In this document: piece after piece, positions 1-13,206 of the stretch
Layout of the letters: each line of letters begins with the position of its first letter
How positions within the stretch are numbered: the stretch's first letter is position 1
Assembly: GCF_035084215.1 (NCBI RefSeq)
Contig: NC_090364.1
Coordinates: 4,092,001 to 4,156,000 of the forward strand
Direction: 5' to 3'
Source: Heptranchias perlo
Lineage: Eukaryota
DNA length: 64,000 nt
Made by a program: the position numbers and the translations under genes
Notes under the pieces: model-generated
The model's input: the letters and a program-made list of their open reading frames with translations, nothing else
Told to the model about the DNA's origin: nothing
The model's database searches: none

Positions 1-422
1 GATATACCCCCCCCCCCCACTGTAACACTCTCCGATATACCCCCCCCCCACTGTAACACTCTCAGATATACCCCCCCCCCTCACTGTAACACTCTCCGAT
101 ATACCCCCCCTCACTGTAACACTCTGATATACCCCCCCCTCACTGCAACACTCTCCGATATACCCCCCCCCCTCACTGAAACACTCTCCGATATACCCCC
201 CCCTCACTGTAACACTCTCCGATATACCCTCCCTCACTGAAACACTCTCCGATATACCCTCCCCTCACTGTAACACTCTCCGATATACCCTCCCCTCACT
301 GTAACACTCTCCGATATACCCTCCCTCACTGAAACACTCTCCGATATACCCTCCCCTCACTGTAACACTCTCCGATATACCCTCCCTCACTGAAACACTC
401 TCCGATATACCCCCCCCTCACT
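1..422. repeat. ~30-bp minisatellite (GATATACCCCCCCTCACTGTAACACTCTCC)n
   Basis: Direct tandem repeats with variable C-runs, truncated by the window edge. Confidence 0.95.
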
Positions 423-749
423 AAGTCTGTTCCAATGATATGAAGATTACTCTCCCCATTTAAGTGTCACATGTGGTGACATTTTATGTAAAACATCTGC
501 TCCCTGCGTGCCTGTAACCAGCAGCTGTAAACATAAGAAGGGCAGCCTGAGGACAATCATGGCAGACACATCTGCCTCTTAAGCATTGTACAGTCACTGA
601 GTGCATTATTTGCTTTGTTTAAAGACACTCTCAAAAAAATACAATCAGAAAGGCACAATTTGCAAATTATTTAGACAGTGTAGGCGTGAGGAATATCAGT
701 ACAGGTCACGGTTTATAAATGTAAAGTACTCGGGCTCAGCAAAGCTTAC

Positions 750-847
750 CTCCCACAGCCGCAGTATATCCGGGAAGGAGAACTCCCGTTTAAACCAGAT
801 GAGGAGCCACCGGAAGCAGAAACACAGGTTTCCAGACTCTCTGGAAT
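750..847 (-). CDS. TBC1D17: TBC1D17 exon 14 (DSRESGNLCFCFRWLLIWFKREFSFPDILRLWE); remaining exons lie left of the window
   Basis: 98 nt, phase 1/0, conserved CFRWLLIWFKREF. Confidence 0.96.
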
Positions 848-2995
848 CTGGTAAGAGAGAAGAGTCATCAGGAATACTGCTGCGCAAAGGGCAGGAACAG
901 CCCTCACCCATCAGAGGGCATCAGGAGCAACGCCTCCACCCAAGCAAAGGGCATCAGAAACAACAGCTCCCCCTACCCCCTAACCAAAGGGCATCAGGAA
1001 AAATACCACCCCCCCCACAGAACCAAAGTATATCAGGAACATCTACTACAAACAGAGGATAAATTAGCTAAAGGAGCCTCAGAAACAACATAAACACAGA
1101 GAGACATCAGCAAAACAGGGATTTGATGGCAGTCTGCATTGAAAGAAAGTTATTGCTAAATACACCAGGGGATTAAAAACTCTGGATAATGAGGTCTTTT
1201 TTTAAAAAAAAGTTCTTTTGAGTTTCTGCTCGTATCGTGGCGGGCTACAGTTCCAGAGCCCCTAGCAACCATCCAGGATCTCACCCAAATCGCCAGACAT
1301 CACGCACGGGCGTAGACAGCAAGTATCAGCAGGCCTATTCAGGCACGGAGCCTGAATCTGTCTCAATCCATGCCTAGGCGCACACAAGCAGTCTCCGGGA
1401 CACAGCCCGAGGCCTGGGAGCAGAGACAAAGTGGAAATGTGTATCTAAGGTTCTCTGGGGGAGAGGCTGAATGTTGCTAATGATAAAACATTCAGGGTAA
1501 ATTCTGTTCTGTGCGCTCATGCCCCCCATTGAATTGGATGGAGACTGTCCATACTGGTTTCAATTAACAGCTGTCAGAGCAGAGAATTATCTGCTCTATT
1601 TATGCTGCATTCAGGCTGAGATACAGAAGCTGATCGTGCTCCTAGATTTTGTTGAGCGTGTATGTGCGTACGCACATATAAATAAAAATCTGAGCTCTTG
1701 CTCGCGAGGGCAAGAGAGAAAGAGCAAAGACAAACACATGAGAGTCACAGACACACAGACAAAAAGCTCTCCAGTAATTTTTATTCCCTCAACAGTTTGT
1801 TTTTGTTTCTTTTTTTTTGAAGGCCGCAGCTTCTCGCTGGGGAATGGCTCCAAGGGCACTGTCTCTCTCTCTGGCATCTTGCGCACGCAACCAGTCTTCA
1901 TGCACGAGCATCGACAGCGAGTGTTGCCAGGCTATTCGACCGCAGTCAGCGTCACAGCTGATCCCGATCCCACCATCTCTCTCTCTCTCTCTCTCTCTCT
2001 CGAGGGGCAGCCGCTGGATGGTGATCGGGATTGGCTGACTTTTCCCTGCCTAGATCAGGGGTGCCCAATAACAGATTGACGTGCATCTATGTCGGGCCTT
2101 TAAGGTAGGCATGGGGATAATGGAGGTTGGGCCAAGAAAGTAGAGGTGAAAAGGCTTGGTTGAAGAGATGGGTTTTGAGGAGGGTTTTAGTGGAGGGGAA
2201 AGGTGACTGCAAGGTCAATTGTAGCAAAAACAACCGACCGAGCAGGGACCGGAGATCGAGCCCCAGACCTTCCAGGGTCTGCGAGACTCAGTTACTCATT
2301 GGATAAGCTGGCTGACCCATCGGCGGTGTCCGTCCACTCCAGCCATTTCATTAAAAATACTTTGGTTTAAACAATGAGCGTGGACGAGCTCATCAGAACA
2401 GCTGGCTGGCAGGACATCCTGAGCCCAATGGCGTGTGGGAACTCCATCAGCACGGGACTGAAGATGATCCCCAACTTACTGACTATACTGAACCAATAAT
2501 GAATAATAAATAATAGAAATAATAATAAATCCAATAGGGAATTCAGGAGAAACTTTTTTACCCAGAGAGTGGTGAGAATGTGGGACTCGGTATCACAAGG
2601 AGTAATTGAGGCGAATAGTGTAGATGCATTTAAGGGGAAGCTGGATAAACACATGAGGGAGAAAGGAATAGAAGGATATGGTGATAGGGTGAGATGAGGT
2701 AGGAGGCTCGTGTGGCGCATAAACACCAGCATGGACCAGTTGGGCCGAATGGCCTGTTTCTGTGCTGTAAATTCAATGTAATATGTAATGTATGAGCCCA
2801 TCTCCCTATAGGTATCAGGTTCTAAAGCCCCTCCCCCAGTGAAGTCAGCTGCACTTATAAAATACATAGGAAAAACAAACAATAGATGTTAAAAGTACCG
2901 ATTTAAGGAACAGTTGGAAAGTACAGCGCTTCCGATGGCAAGACAGTGTGGGGCAGCCATCAAAGTTGACACCAGATTTAGAACGCAGGGCTGTA

Positions 2996-3522
2996 GAGCC
3001 TTTGTTACTTCTAGACTTGACTATTCCAATGCTCTCCTGGCCTGCCACCCATCTTCCATCCTGCATAAACTTGAGCTCATCCAAAACTCTGCTGCCCGTA
3101 TCCTAACTCGCACCAAGTCCCGTTCTCCCATCACACACTGTGCGCGCTGACCTACAGTGGCTCCCGACTTGATTTTAAAATTCTCATCCTTGTGTTCAAA
3201 TCCCTCCATGGCCTCTCCCCCTCCCTATCTCTGTAATTTTCTTCAGCCCTACAACCCTCCGAGATCTCTGCGCTCCTCCAATTCTTGCCTCTTGCGCATC
3301 CCCGATTTCCATCGCTCCACCATTGGTGGCCGTGCCTTCAGCTGCTTAGGCCCTAAGCTCTGGAATTCCTTCCCTAAACCTGTCCACCTCTACCACTCTC
3401 TCCTACTTTAAGACACTCCTTAAAACCTACCTCTTTGACCAGGCTTTTGGTCACCTGTCCTAATATCTCATGTGGCTCGGTGTTTTACTAAGTTAAAGGC
3501 ACTATATAAATGCAAGTTGTTG
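2996..3522 (+). mobile_element. L2 LINE 3' fragment
   Basis: RT C-terminal remnant AFVTSRLDYSN...LIQNSAARILT...GRAFSCLGPKLWNS plus tail GCACTATATAAATGCAAGTTGTTG. Confidence 0.88.
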
Positions 3523-3563
3523 CAGTAGAGCCCAGAGGAGGGTGCTGGGGTTATCTCACTAAC

Positions 3564-3663
3564 CTAGGAAGTCGCAGAGGGCAGAGTCCAGCACTCTCAG
3601 CAGCAGGGCCAACTTCTCCAGCTGTTCCTTCATGCTCTCTTGACTCTCCTCGAAGTTACGGTG
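3564..3663 (-). CDS. TBC1D17: TBC1D17 exon 13 (HRNFEESQESMKEQL...LCDFL)
   Basis: 100 nt, phase 0/1. Confidence 0.96.
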
Positions 3664-4407
3664 CTGGAACAGAGATAAGAGACAGACGGTCACACTGCAC
3701 TGTGATGGGCAGGATTTACATGACCATAAACGTACAACCACAACCAGAGTTCAAATCTGTTCCCTCAGGATTGGTCTCGCACTTTATCAGAGGTGCTTCT
3801 AAAAATAAGACAGGTTAAAACATCACACAATGCCCACCAACTATATGGAACATCACACTACATACGAATATTGAGCCTTAGATCGCACACTGGCGATAGG
3901 AGCTCACAATCGTTAATCCTATGCCGTGTAACTCAACCCCGATGAGAACAAAACCAAAATGGAACAGAAACCTCCCAAAAATATCGTTAAATTACAAATA
4001 CCCAGGAGTGAGTTAAAAGCTGGAATCTAATTGAAAGGTTCAGAAGACAGTTATAAATGACTCCAGTTTGTTTTTTAAGTCATCTGTACGTCCAATGTTG
4101 CTTCCTATTTATCACCCTTAAACAGCGATTAATCACTGCTAAATGTGAGGGAGAGCGCCCAAACTGGTGGGATGCAAGTATTGGCCCCCTCTCTCTCTGA
4201 CGGAGGGGGTTGTGCTCTATTGTATACACTTATAGGGGACACATGCTAATCAGATACACGCAGGTGCAATGGACTTGTGGGAGGGGTGGCTCATTTTGGT
4301 GTGAAACGACAACAAACATTTGAGTAGAGCATATTCTTCCAACCTGCTCTGCTCAGTTCTGTTTATTCCTGGCGAAGCAGAATATTCATGATGTTCTGGG
4401 CACTCAC

Positions 4408-4508
4408 CACTAGCTCCATGAAGCCCGTGAAACACCAGAAGGAGTCGACTTCGTTCTGTGTAACGTACAGTATCGGAGAGAGGAGATCGCTCATTCCCTG
4501 CACGTAGC
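4408..4508 (-). CDS. TBC1D17: TBC1D17 exon 12 (GYVQGMSDLLSPILYVTQNEVDSFWCFTGFMELV), glutamine finger
   Basis: 101 nt, phase 1/0, YxQGM motif. Confidence 0.97.
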
Positions 4509-5567
4509 CTGCACAACAAACACAACAGGAACTATTTAAAATGTTCAGCTTGGAGAGGGTGCAGAGGAGATTTACTGGAATTATACCAGGGATAAGGGAC
4601 TTCAGTTATGTGGTGAGACTGGAGAAGCTGGGGTTGTTCTCCTTCGAACAGGGAAGGTTAAGGGAAGATTTAAATTAGACTTGACTTTATGAGGGGTTTT
4701 GATAGAGTAAATAAGGAGAAACTGTTTCCAGTGGCAGGAGAGTCAGTAACCAGAGGACACAGATTTAAGATAATTGGCAAAAGGACCAGAGGGGAGATGA
4801 GATGAGATGAGATCAATGTTTGCCTATATAACAATTTGCCTTTATGTGGTGCCTTTAACTTAGTACATGCTTTACAAACAGGTGAAAGTGGATACTGAGC
4901 AAAGATCAGTGAAGACCAGAGTGATAGGGGAGTTGGACCAAGTGCAAGATAGGATGTCTGGGAGCAGAGTTTTGGGTGAGTTGGAAGTTTACTTAGGTTG
5001 GATTGAGAGGGGGATTTGAACCTGAGCTCAGAGTCAAACAGCTCATCATAGGACTAGGGAGGGGAAGGACTAGTGAGCAGATTTTTTAGCAGGAGCCAAA
5101 TACTGTAGGGTGGATTTGATCTTGCAAGAATGTTGGAAAGAATTCTAGATCATTTCAGGATTTGATGTGGGATAATCAGTCGGACAGCATCGTGGTAGTT
5201 GCAGGGCTCGAGGGTGATGCTGGAGAGGTAAAGTGAACATCACCAGCACACATACGAAAGCTAACACCCGAGTCTAATGATGATACTGCTGATGGATAGC
5301 ATGTGGATGAGGAAATGGGGGGTGGGGCATGTAAGGAAGGAACCATGAGGCACTCCTGAGGTGGCCGTGCCAGAGTGGGAGGAAAAGTAATTGTAGGAAA
5401 TATGCTAGTTGTATTGGGACAGTTGGAAATGGAATTAAGAGAGGGGCAGTATCGAGTTAACAGAGTCACTGTATTTCACAGTAATTCATTATCGGTGAAG
5501 AGACATGAGGCACTATATAAATGCAAGCCTTTCTTTCAAAATAATTCTGAGTCTACAGGAGGTAATA

Positions 5568-6137
5568 AATGCTTTTGTTACCTTCAGACTCAATTATTCC
5601 AATGCTCCCCTGGCCGGCCTCCCATCTACCTCCTTCCATAAACTTAAGCTCTTCCAAAACTCTATTGCCCCGTCTCCTAACTCACACCAAGTCCCGTTCA
5701 CCCATCACCCCTGGGCTCGTTGACCTACATTGGCTCCCTGTCCGGCAACGCCTCGATTTTAAAATTCCTATCTTTGTGTTCAAATCCCTCCATGGCCTCT
5801 CCCCCTCCCTATCTCTGTAACCTCCTCCAGCCCCCACCCCCACTCCCAGAGATCTCTGCGCTCCTCCAATTCTGGCCTCTTGTGCGTGCCTGAATTCCTT
5901 CACCCCGCCATTGGCGGCCGTGCCTTCAGCTGCCGAGGCCCTAAGATCTGCAATTCCCTCCCTAAACCTCTCCGCCTCTTAGGTCGCTCCTTAAAACCTA
6001 CCTCTTGGTCCAAGCTTTTGGTCACCTGTCCTAATATCTCATGTGGCTCGGTGTCAATTTTTACCTGATTACGCTCCTGCAAAGCGCCTTGGGACGTTTT
6101 ACTGCGTTAAAAGCGCTATATAATTGCAGAGTGTTGT
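5568..6137 (+). mobile_element. L2 LINE 3' fragment
   Basis: Same family motifs. Confidence 0.88.
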
Positions 6138-6185
6138 AATTTGGGCTCAGCAACCTGTGCGGGGAGTCTGAAAGGGGGATCTTAC

Positions 6186-6302
6186 CCAGATCGAAGTTGT
6201 ACATGCAGTAAGTCATCAGCACGTCATTCAGCAGCACCAGGCCTGGGTTGTCGTTCCCCTCGTAGAACTTGTTACTGCGGTCGGTCCTGCTGACATCTCG
6301 CT
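6186..6302 (-). CDS. TBC1D17: TBC1D17 exon 11 (ERDVSRTDR...TYCMYNFDL), arginine finger
   Basis: 117 nt, phase 1/1, IxxDxxR motif; not in the ORF track, read directly from the sequence. Confidence 0.96.
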
Positions 6303-7053
6303 CTACGGATGAAAAGCAATTTCAGCGTTCGGTTAAAAGCACGACGAGAGGAAAGTCAGCTCTGACCTCCCCCACAATGGTTCAGCGGGTAAGCACACTG
6401 CTCAGTGTGGAACTATAAGCCACTCAGACCAGCAGGTCCCCAGACTGGATTTCCAGACTGTGTTGAGTTCCAGGCCTCAACCAGGGTGGACTTTGGGGTT
6501 CGACAACCAGCCTGGTGCGTAGATACCTCTGTGATTGGGAAATTCTAACTCATGGCTGACTAGATCTCCTCCTCAGTCTAGACCCCGTCGGCTCCAGTCA
6601 AACTGAGCGAGTCCTGTTCCACTAGGATATTTTCCTTATATTCCCCCCCCCCAACCCCTCGGAGAAGGTGCTGACTCTTACTGGGGGCTGGTTCCACCAG
6701 TGCCAGCTGTGGCTTAGTGGGTAGCGGTCTCGCTTCTGAATCAAAAGGTTGTGGGTTCGAGCCCCACTCCAGAAACTTAAGCCCGTAATCCAAGGACCCA
6801 CAGGTGTGCACAACGGCATTCGAGGCTAAAGGCTTAACCGCCCCTTCCCCAGCCACCAATTCTTTTTTTTCAATCCTATCCTCTCCTGAAAGTGTTGAGT
6901 GTCCCAAGCTTTTTGCTGGGATATGGTTTCATGGAGCCTGTTGCCCTCTGGTACTTCACCCAAGAGGCCATTATTTATAAGCCAGCCTTGGCAGTGAGCT
7001 ATTCAACAGTCAGGAAGTTCTAAAGCTGATGATTGATTTAAAAGTTCACTCAC

Positions 7054-7148
7054 CAATCAGACTCTTGTATGCCCGCAGCAGGGAATTCCGCAGTTCCTGA
7101 TCCTCGGTCACCGACTTCCACTGCAGTTTCATCCGGAAATACTCATCC
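7054..7148 (-). CDS. TBC1D17: TBC1D17 exon 10 (DEYFRMKLQWKSV...YKSLI)
   Basis: 95 nt, phase 2/1. Confidence 0.96.
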
Positions 7149-7579
7149 CTAAAGGAACCGCCAACGCGAGTTAGCAGAGGAAAACACAACCTCAGGCAGC
7201 GCAGGGAACGGAATGGGGAGGATGCTCGGTTCACTCTCGAGGAGCCAGGGGGTTTGAAACTTGCAGGTGCTGCTCACTTAATTGGCCGGAATGGGTTAAG
7301 CAAGGTACCCACAAGTCAAACGAACCACCGGTTGAGGGACTGAGGAGGCGATAAATAATAAACGCAGCATCCGAGCACTTCCGTGTCAGATACAATGCAG
7401 GTTAGAAAGAGAGGAAAAGCTGCTCCATCAAATAACAAGGACTCCCAGCTTATTTACAGCATGGGTTAGATTCACGGTAAACGTCTCTCTCTCTCTGCAC
7501 TGTTTCAACCGCAGGGGATCAGTCTTCCCTGCACTTCCACTTCCCACAGCCAGCATTCTTCTGGTTTCTGAATAAAATA

Positions 7580-7958
7580 TAAAATTCTCATCGTTGTGTT
7601 CAAATCCATCCATGGGCTCACCCCTCCCCATCTCTGTAACCTCCTCGAGCCCTACAATCCTCCCAGATCTTTGCGCTCCTCCAATTCTGGTCTCTTGTGC
7701 ATCCTCAATTTTAATTGTTCCACTGTTGGCAGCCGTGCCTTCAGCCATCTAGGTCCTAAGCTCTGGAATTCCCTCCCTAAACCTCTCCACCTCTCTCTCC
7801 TCCTTTAAGACGCTCCTTACAACCTACCTCTTTGACCAAGCTGTCCTAATATCTCCTTATGTGGCTCAGTGTCAAATTTTGTCCGATTACGCTCTTGTGA
7901 AGCACCTTGGGAAGTTTTACTATGTTAAAGGCGCTATATAAATGCAAGCTGTTGTTGT
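7580..7958 (+). mobile_element. L2 LINE 3' fragment
   Basis: Same family motifs. Confidence 0.88.
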
Positions 7959-8361
7959 AAAACCAACAAACCAGTGTCAATTTGTGCTAAACTCGGACGG
8001 CTGGGTGCTGTGGATTCACACCAGCTCAGAACTTAGTAGGGCTTACCCCAATCTCATTACCCCGTAGGATCTTTAGAGCCAGCTGAGAAAGGGGCGGGGC
8101 GATGGAGAACTTCCATCCCATCAACGTGGACTGGATTGAAACTCGGTCCTAAACTGAAGTCCCTTAACTAAATGCACTGCCCACAAACCCTCTCAACCCT
8201 CCAGGTAACTGCTCACCATGGGGACATCTACAAGGATACCCCTATGCACATGACCAACAGCTGAGCATCCACATATTAGCGATAACAGGCACACTGCTTC
8301 TCCCCCTCGGTTACAAACAATCCCCCCTTTCAACATGGGTCACAGTGGAATTGCTCCTTAC

Positions 8362-8465
8362 GTTTTTTGCTTCACCAAAGCTTTGCGTTCCTCGGCTGTA
8401 CTGTCCCAGGGGTAGTATCCCAGCAGGAATTTCCAGACTTCCCGACGGATGCTGTGGCACAGTCC
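8362..8465 (-). CDS. TBC1D17: TBC1D17 exon 9 (GLCHSIRREVWKFLLGYYPW...), start of Rab-GAP TBC domain
   Basis: 104 nt, phase 0/2, RxxxWxxLLG TBC motif. Confidence 0.96.
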
Positions 8466-9297
8466 CTGACAGAGGAGATCAAAGGAATAATGAGGGGTTT
8501 TTGATTTGAGAGGGGTGTTTAAAATTACGAAGGATTTTGATGGGAGTAAAATAAGAAGAAATTGTTCCCACTGACAGGAGGGACGGCAACCAGAGGACAC
8601 AGGATGTAAGACAATTGGGAAAAGAACCAGAGGGGAGATTCTACGACATTTGTGGACAGTTCCGAAATAACACCGACAGAAAATAAAAGTTAGACATACA
8701 AGAGGGTGCTGGCACCTCCTGGAGACAAATAAGAATTGCACCATGTTATGCCATCCCATAATAAATATGGCAACAATATAAGATGCCAATAGAGAACTAA
8801 CCTGTATTTATACAGCACTTTTCATATCCTCAGTACGTCCCAAAATGCTTCACAACCAATCAAGTGTAGTCACTGTTGTAATGTAGGAAATGCAGCAGCC
8901 AAAGGGGGCTGCTGGCCAGAGATCAGGACCGTGATGGTCTCCCTCTTTATACCAACAGGCGAGGCCAATTGCAGTGCCAACTCAGCACAAACTCACTCAA
9001 CTTGGGAACTGCCCTTCTATTATCTCCCACATATCTCAGGACTATACCATCCACATTCCTCTTAAGTGAGAACCCATTCACTGAACTATAGAACACATCC
9101 CCCCCCCCCATCCCATGGTCTGCTCCTCTGAATTCAAAGTACACGATAATACAATAGTTTTTTAAAAAACATTTTTTTATTTTGCCACATTTAAATTATA
9201 GGATCATCTGAATTATTAGTAGACTGTACTTCACATTAACAGCATGAACTGCTTTAGAAACAAACATATAAATAAGTGAATGAATGAATTCACCTAC

Positions 9298-9429
9298 TCC
9301 TTTGAAAATCTTTTTCTTCAGTTCTGCCGCATCCTGAACTCTTCCTTCTGGATCCAGATGTTTTGTCCACTCTGCAGCTGTTAGAGTCTCCTGCCTCTGC
9401 ACTGTGGGCCGCTGACCCAGATCAGCTTG
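9298..9429 (-). CDS. TBC1D17: TBC1D17 exon 8 (QADLGQRPTVQR...IFKG)
   Basis: 132 nt, phase 0/0, canonical splice sites. Confidence 0.94.
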
Positions 9430-9869
9430 CTGGAAAGAAGGTCAGAAAAACCTCTCTTTAAAAATTTAAAGAAAATGAAAACCACCATCGGGACCTATCA
9501 CAGAGAACTGTCATTATCCATCATTCCCCTGTTGCTATTCTTAGTAATACTGACTACTGAAGACATCATGGGAAATGTCAGGGAGAAGTTACCGAGCCTG
9601 GTGTGAGGGATCTGCAGTAACATCAGTAGAGATGCAATCAGCAATGCATGGTACTGGCTAGAATGAATTACTGAGCCAGTGTGAAGGATCTGCAGTAACA
9701 CTCTTTAAAAACTGCACCCTTGCTTCTGTTAACTCAGCTTTCTAACACCAGCAGGCTCAGTGGGCCATCCGAGATGATACCGGTATTAACAACAGGAACC
9801 AAGGGTGCCAAGAAATGAAAAATTCAAACTTGAATAGACTGTGTACGACCTTCACTCTCGATGCTTCAG

Positions 9870-10235
9870 CCTTCAGGCTGAGGGGTGACCTGATCGAGGG
9901 GTTTGATGGGGTAGACAGAGAGAAGATGTTTCCACTTATGGGGGAGACCAAAACTAGGGGCCAGAAATATATAGGACAGTCACCAATAATCCAATAGGGA
10001 ATTCAGTACCCAGTGAGAATGTGGAACTCACTACCACATGGAGTAGTTGAGGCGAATAGCATCGGTGCATTTAAGGGGAAGCTAGATAAACATATGAGGG
10101 AGAAAGGAATAGAAGGATATGCTGATAGGGTGAGATAAAGTCGGGGTGGGAGGAGGCTTGTGGGGAGCATGAACGGCAGCATAGCCCAGTTGGGCCAAAT
10201 GGCCTGTTTCTACTGTAAAATCTATGTAATTCTAT
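9870..10235 (+). mobile_element. CR1 3' fragment (related copies at 2525-2785, 4548-4800, 23056-23280, 56095-56415)
   Basis: RLRGDLIE...EKMFPL remnant and tail TTGGGCCAAATGGCCTGTTTC. Confidence 0.82.
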
Positions 10236-11012
10236 ATAACTTGGTGTTATTTTGTTTGTAAAATTGTTAACACAACATCATAAAGTTCTGATCTTTGCCA
10301 TCATTCACTGAACACAATTGTCTACTCCCAGATTGCCTCTCAGCAGCAGCTTTAAAGTATTAGAGCAAGGGGAAAATGAGTGACACAGATAAATGAATCT
10401 TCAGCAGAGAAGCCGCCTGTAAACACCTCCAGCATTTTCTCGACCGTCACTGCCGAGCAGACTGCAGGCTCTGCATTCCCACCCCAGCTGTGGAAAAGGC
10501 CACGGAACACAGACAGCCCCAAGGAGCTCAGCATCATATCTGCCACCCCAGCTGATCAGCAGATGGAGCCAGGCTGGGTTAGGACTGCACGGGAGGGAAG
10601 AAGGGTGGTGCAGTATCTCAACACAGCGATTTACTATTTACCTTCCATTTAAAAAACAAACATTAACCCACATCACTCTTTTAAACACTACGACCTGTGT
10701 GTGTGTAATATATGGCGGTTGGACAAATTGGATAGCTCTTTCAAAGAGGCATGACGGGCCAGATGGCCTCCTTCTGTGCCATATGATTCTATGATAATAT
10801 ATAGGAAGTGCTCTTGTGTCAACATTATAAATTGCTAAGTCAATACTTCCTGTTAAATTTTCCTATGTCAACTGTCACGGTGTAAGTGCAGGCTCTGACC
10901 CTTACATTTTCTACGCAGTGACTTTGAGGGCTCTCTGCCAACTCCCTCACCATATTGTGAATTCTATCCATCGACAGGCAACTGACGGTCAGTCCAGATA
11001 TCAGACACTTAC

Positions 11013-11186
11013 ACAGGTGATGACCTCGAAGCCCGGCTCGTCCTGCTGGTCCAAGTCCAGCCTGGTCGCCATCTCGCGCATGGGACGGTGGCGGGGACCG
11101 TCCTGGGGCCGCAGAGCTCCGCGCAGGAAGTTGGTCACTTTGGAGAAACTGCCGAATGTGGCAGCGTAAGGGTCTTGTATAAAACG
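11013..11186 (-). CDS. TBC1D17: TBC1D17 exon 7 (RFIQDPYAATFGSFSKVTNF...EPGFEVITC)
   Basis: 174 nt, phase 0/0, includes the conserved GFEVI motif. Confidence 0.96.
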
Positions 11187-11414
11187 CTGGGGAAATGGAG
11201 AAAGAAAGAAAAAAAGAGCAACGCTCAATAATCTGTATTTTGTATCCTGATAGTTCCTCTAGGACTTGCCCCTGAACAGGAACAGAAAGGGTTCAGGCAT
11301 AAACACAACCTGTGGGTGTAGGCAGGAGTGATGGAGATCTCTCCCCCCCCCACCTTCCCTTTACTTCTTCTGGCATTGATTATGGTCCCCCCTCCTAATC
11401 TTACAATTAGAATC

Positions 11415-12170
11415 AAAGAATCTAACAGCACAGAAGGAGGCCATTCAGCCCCTCGTGCCTGTGCCGGCTCTTTGAAAGAGCTATCCAATTTAGTCCCACG
11501 CTCCAGCTTTTTCCCAATAACCCTGCAAAGTACATGCCCAATTTCCTATTGAAAGTTCCCATGGAATCTGCTTCCATCACCCTCTCAGGTAGTGTGTTCC
11601 AAATCTTAACAACCCACTGTGTGAAAAACTTTCTCCTCATTTCCCCTCTCGTTCTTTTGTCAATTATTTTAAATAACCTCTGGTTATCGACCCACTTGCC
11701 AAAAGAGTTTCTCCCTACTTGCTCTATCAAAACCCTTCATTATTTTGAATACCTCTATTAGGTCTCCCATTAACCTTCTCTGCTCTAAGGAGAATAATTC
11801 CAGCTTCTCCAGTCTCTCCACATAACTGAAGTCCCTCATCCCTGGTACCATTGTAGTAAATCTCCTCTGCACCCTCTCCAAGGCCTTGACATCCTTCCTA
11901 AAGTGTGCTGCCTAGAACTGGCACTCAATACTCCAGCTGAAGCCTAACCAGTGATTTGTAAAGGTTTAGCATGACTTCCTTGTTTTTGTATTCAATGTCC
12001 CTATTTACAAAGCCAAGTATCCTGAACACTTTCTTAACTGCCTTATCAGATTGCCCTGCCACCTTCAAAGATTTGTGAATATACACCCCCCAAGTCCCTC
12101 TACTCTTGCACCCCCATCAAAATAGTACCATTGCCCCAGATAGTCCCCTGAATGTTTTCTGATGTGATTG
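11415..12170 (-). mobile_element. CR1 LINE 3' fragment
   Basis: ERVQRRFTTMVPGMRDFSYVERLEKLELFSLEQRRLMGDLIEVFKIMKG and FFTQWVVKIWNTLP = CR1 RT C-terminus. Confidence 0.9.
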
Positions 12171-12932
12171 TGTCTGAATAGTTTGTATTTCTGAAAACAG
12201 ACACAGGGACAATAAACAGCGGGAAGCAAAAGAAGTTTCATTTTTAGAGTTCTCCGAGTCAGAACACTGAAATTGAAGCTCGTGTTCACATAAATCTCTC
12301 TGTGCCAGCCGGAAGGGTCTGGTACGAAATGGGATTGGGGCCAGTCCCAGGCAGTTGCTAGTGGGCACAGATGCACAGCAAGCATCCCATCTTTCAGAAA
12401 CTGGCATTAAGTGGGCACTGGGGGACAGGGTTGAAATCGAATTGCCTGCTTGCTGCCTCACTGAATCACCCCATTCACACCTCAGAGAAGCTCCATAAAT
12501 CAACGTCAGAAAAAAAAAACACAAGAGCGGGCCCACACACTCTGACCACACTCGCCCAGCAATTTCCTCTAAAACCCACTCATCCAATTCTACTAGGCGA
12601 AACTAATTTAAAAACGTAGAACGTAACAAAATAGCTGGCCGTGTGTACTTAAAAAAGGTAGGATTGGTTGGAGCTGCTTTGCATACCTGAATTTGGCAGT
12701 GGCATCAACTATCCCTTTTTATACTGGTTGGACTCTGCTGGCCTCTCAGCCACTGACCACCTCTCCAGATGAGCCACAGTCACTCTGCAAATGGCCAGGA
12801 CCAGCTGTTTATAGGACTAACTGGAGTTAAACTGAGGTAGCTATAAGAGAAGGCCCAAGGATGGTCATACTGGTGCAGTAGGAGGTGCTCTTCTCAGGTT
12901 GAGGACAGAATAAAGGGAGCTTCATTCAGTCC

Positions 12933-13206
12933 CTAACCCGTGCTGTACCTGCCCTGGGAGTGTTTGATGGGACCGTGTAGAGGGAGCTTTACTCTGTATC
13001 TAACCCGTGCTGTACCTGCCCTGGGAGTGTTTGATGGGACAGTGTAGAGGGAGCTTTACTCTGTATCTAACCCGTGCTGTACCTGCCCTGGGAGTGTTTG
13101 ATGGGACAGTGTAGAGGGAGCTTTACTCTGTATTTAACCCGTGCTGTACCTGCCCTGGGAGTGTTTGATGGGATAGTGTAGAGGGAGCTTTACTCTGTAT
13201 CTAACC
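12933..13206 (+). repeat. 67-bp minisatellite, ~4 copies
   Basis: Unit TAACCCGTGCTGTACCTGCCCTGGGAGTGTTTGATGGGACAGTGTAGAGGGAGCTTTACTCTGTATC. Confidence 0.95.

Noticed and set aside
601-1062. 153-aa + strand ORF
   Set aside because: Antisense to TBC1D17 exon 14 plus a degenerate repeat
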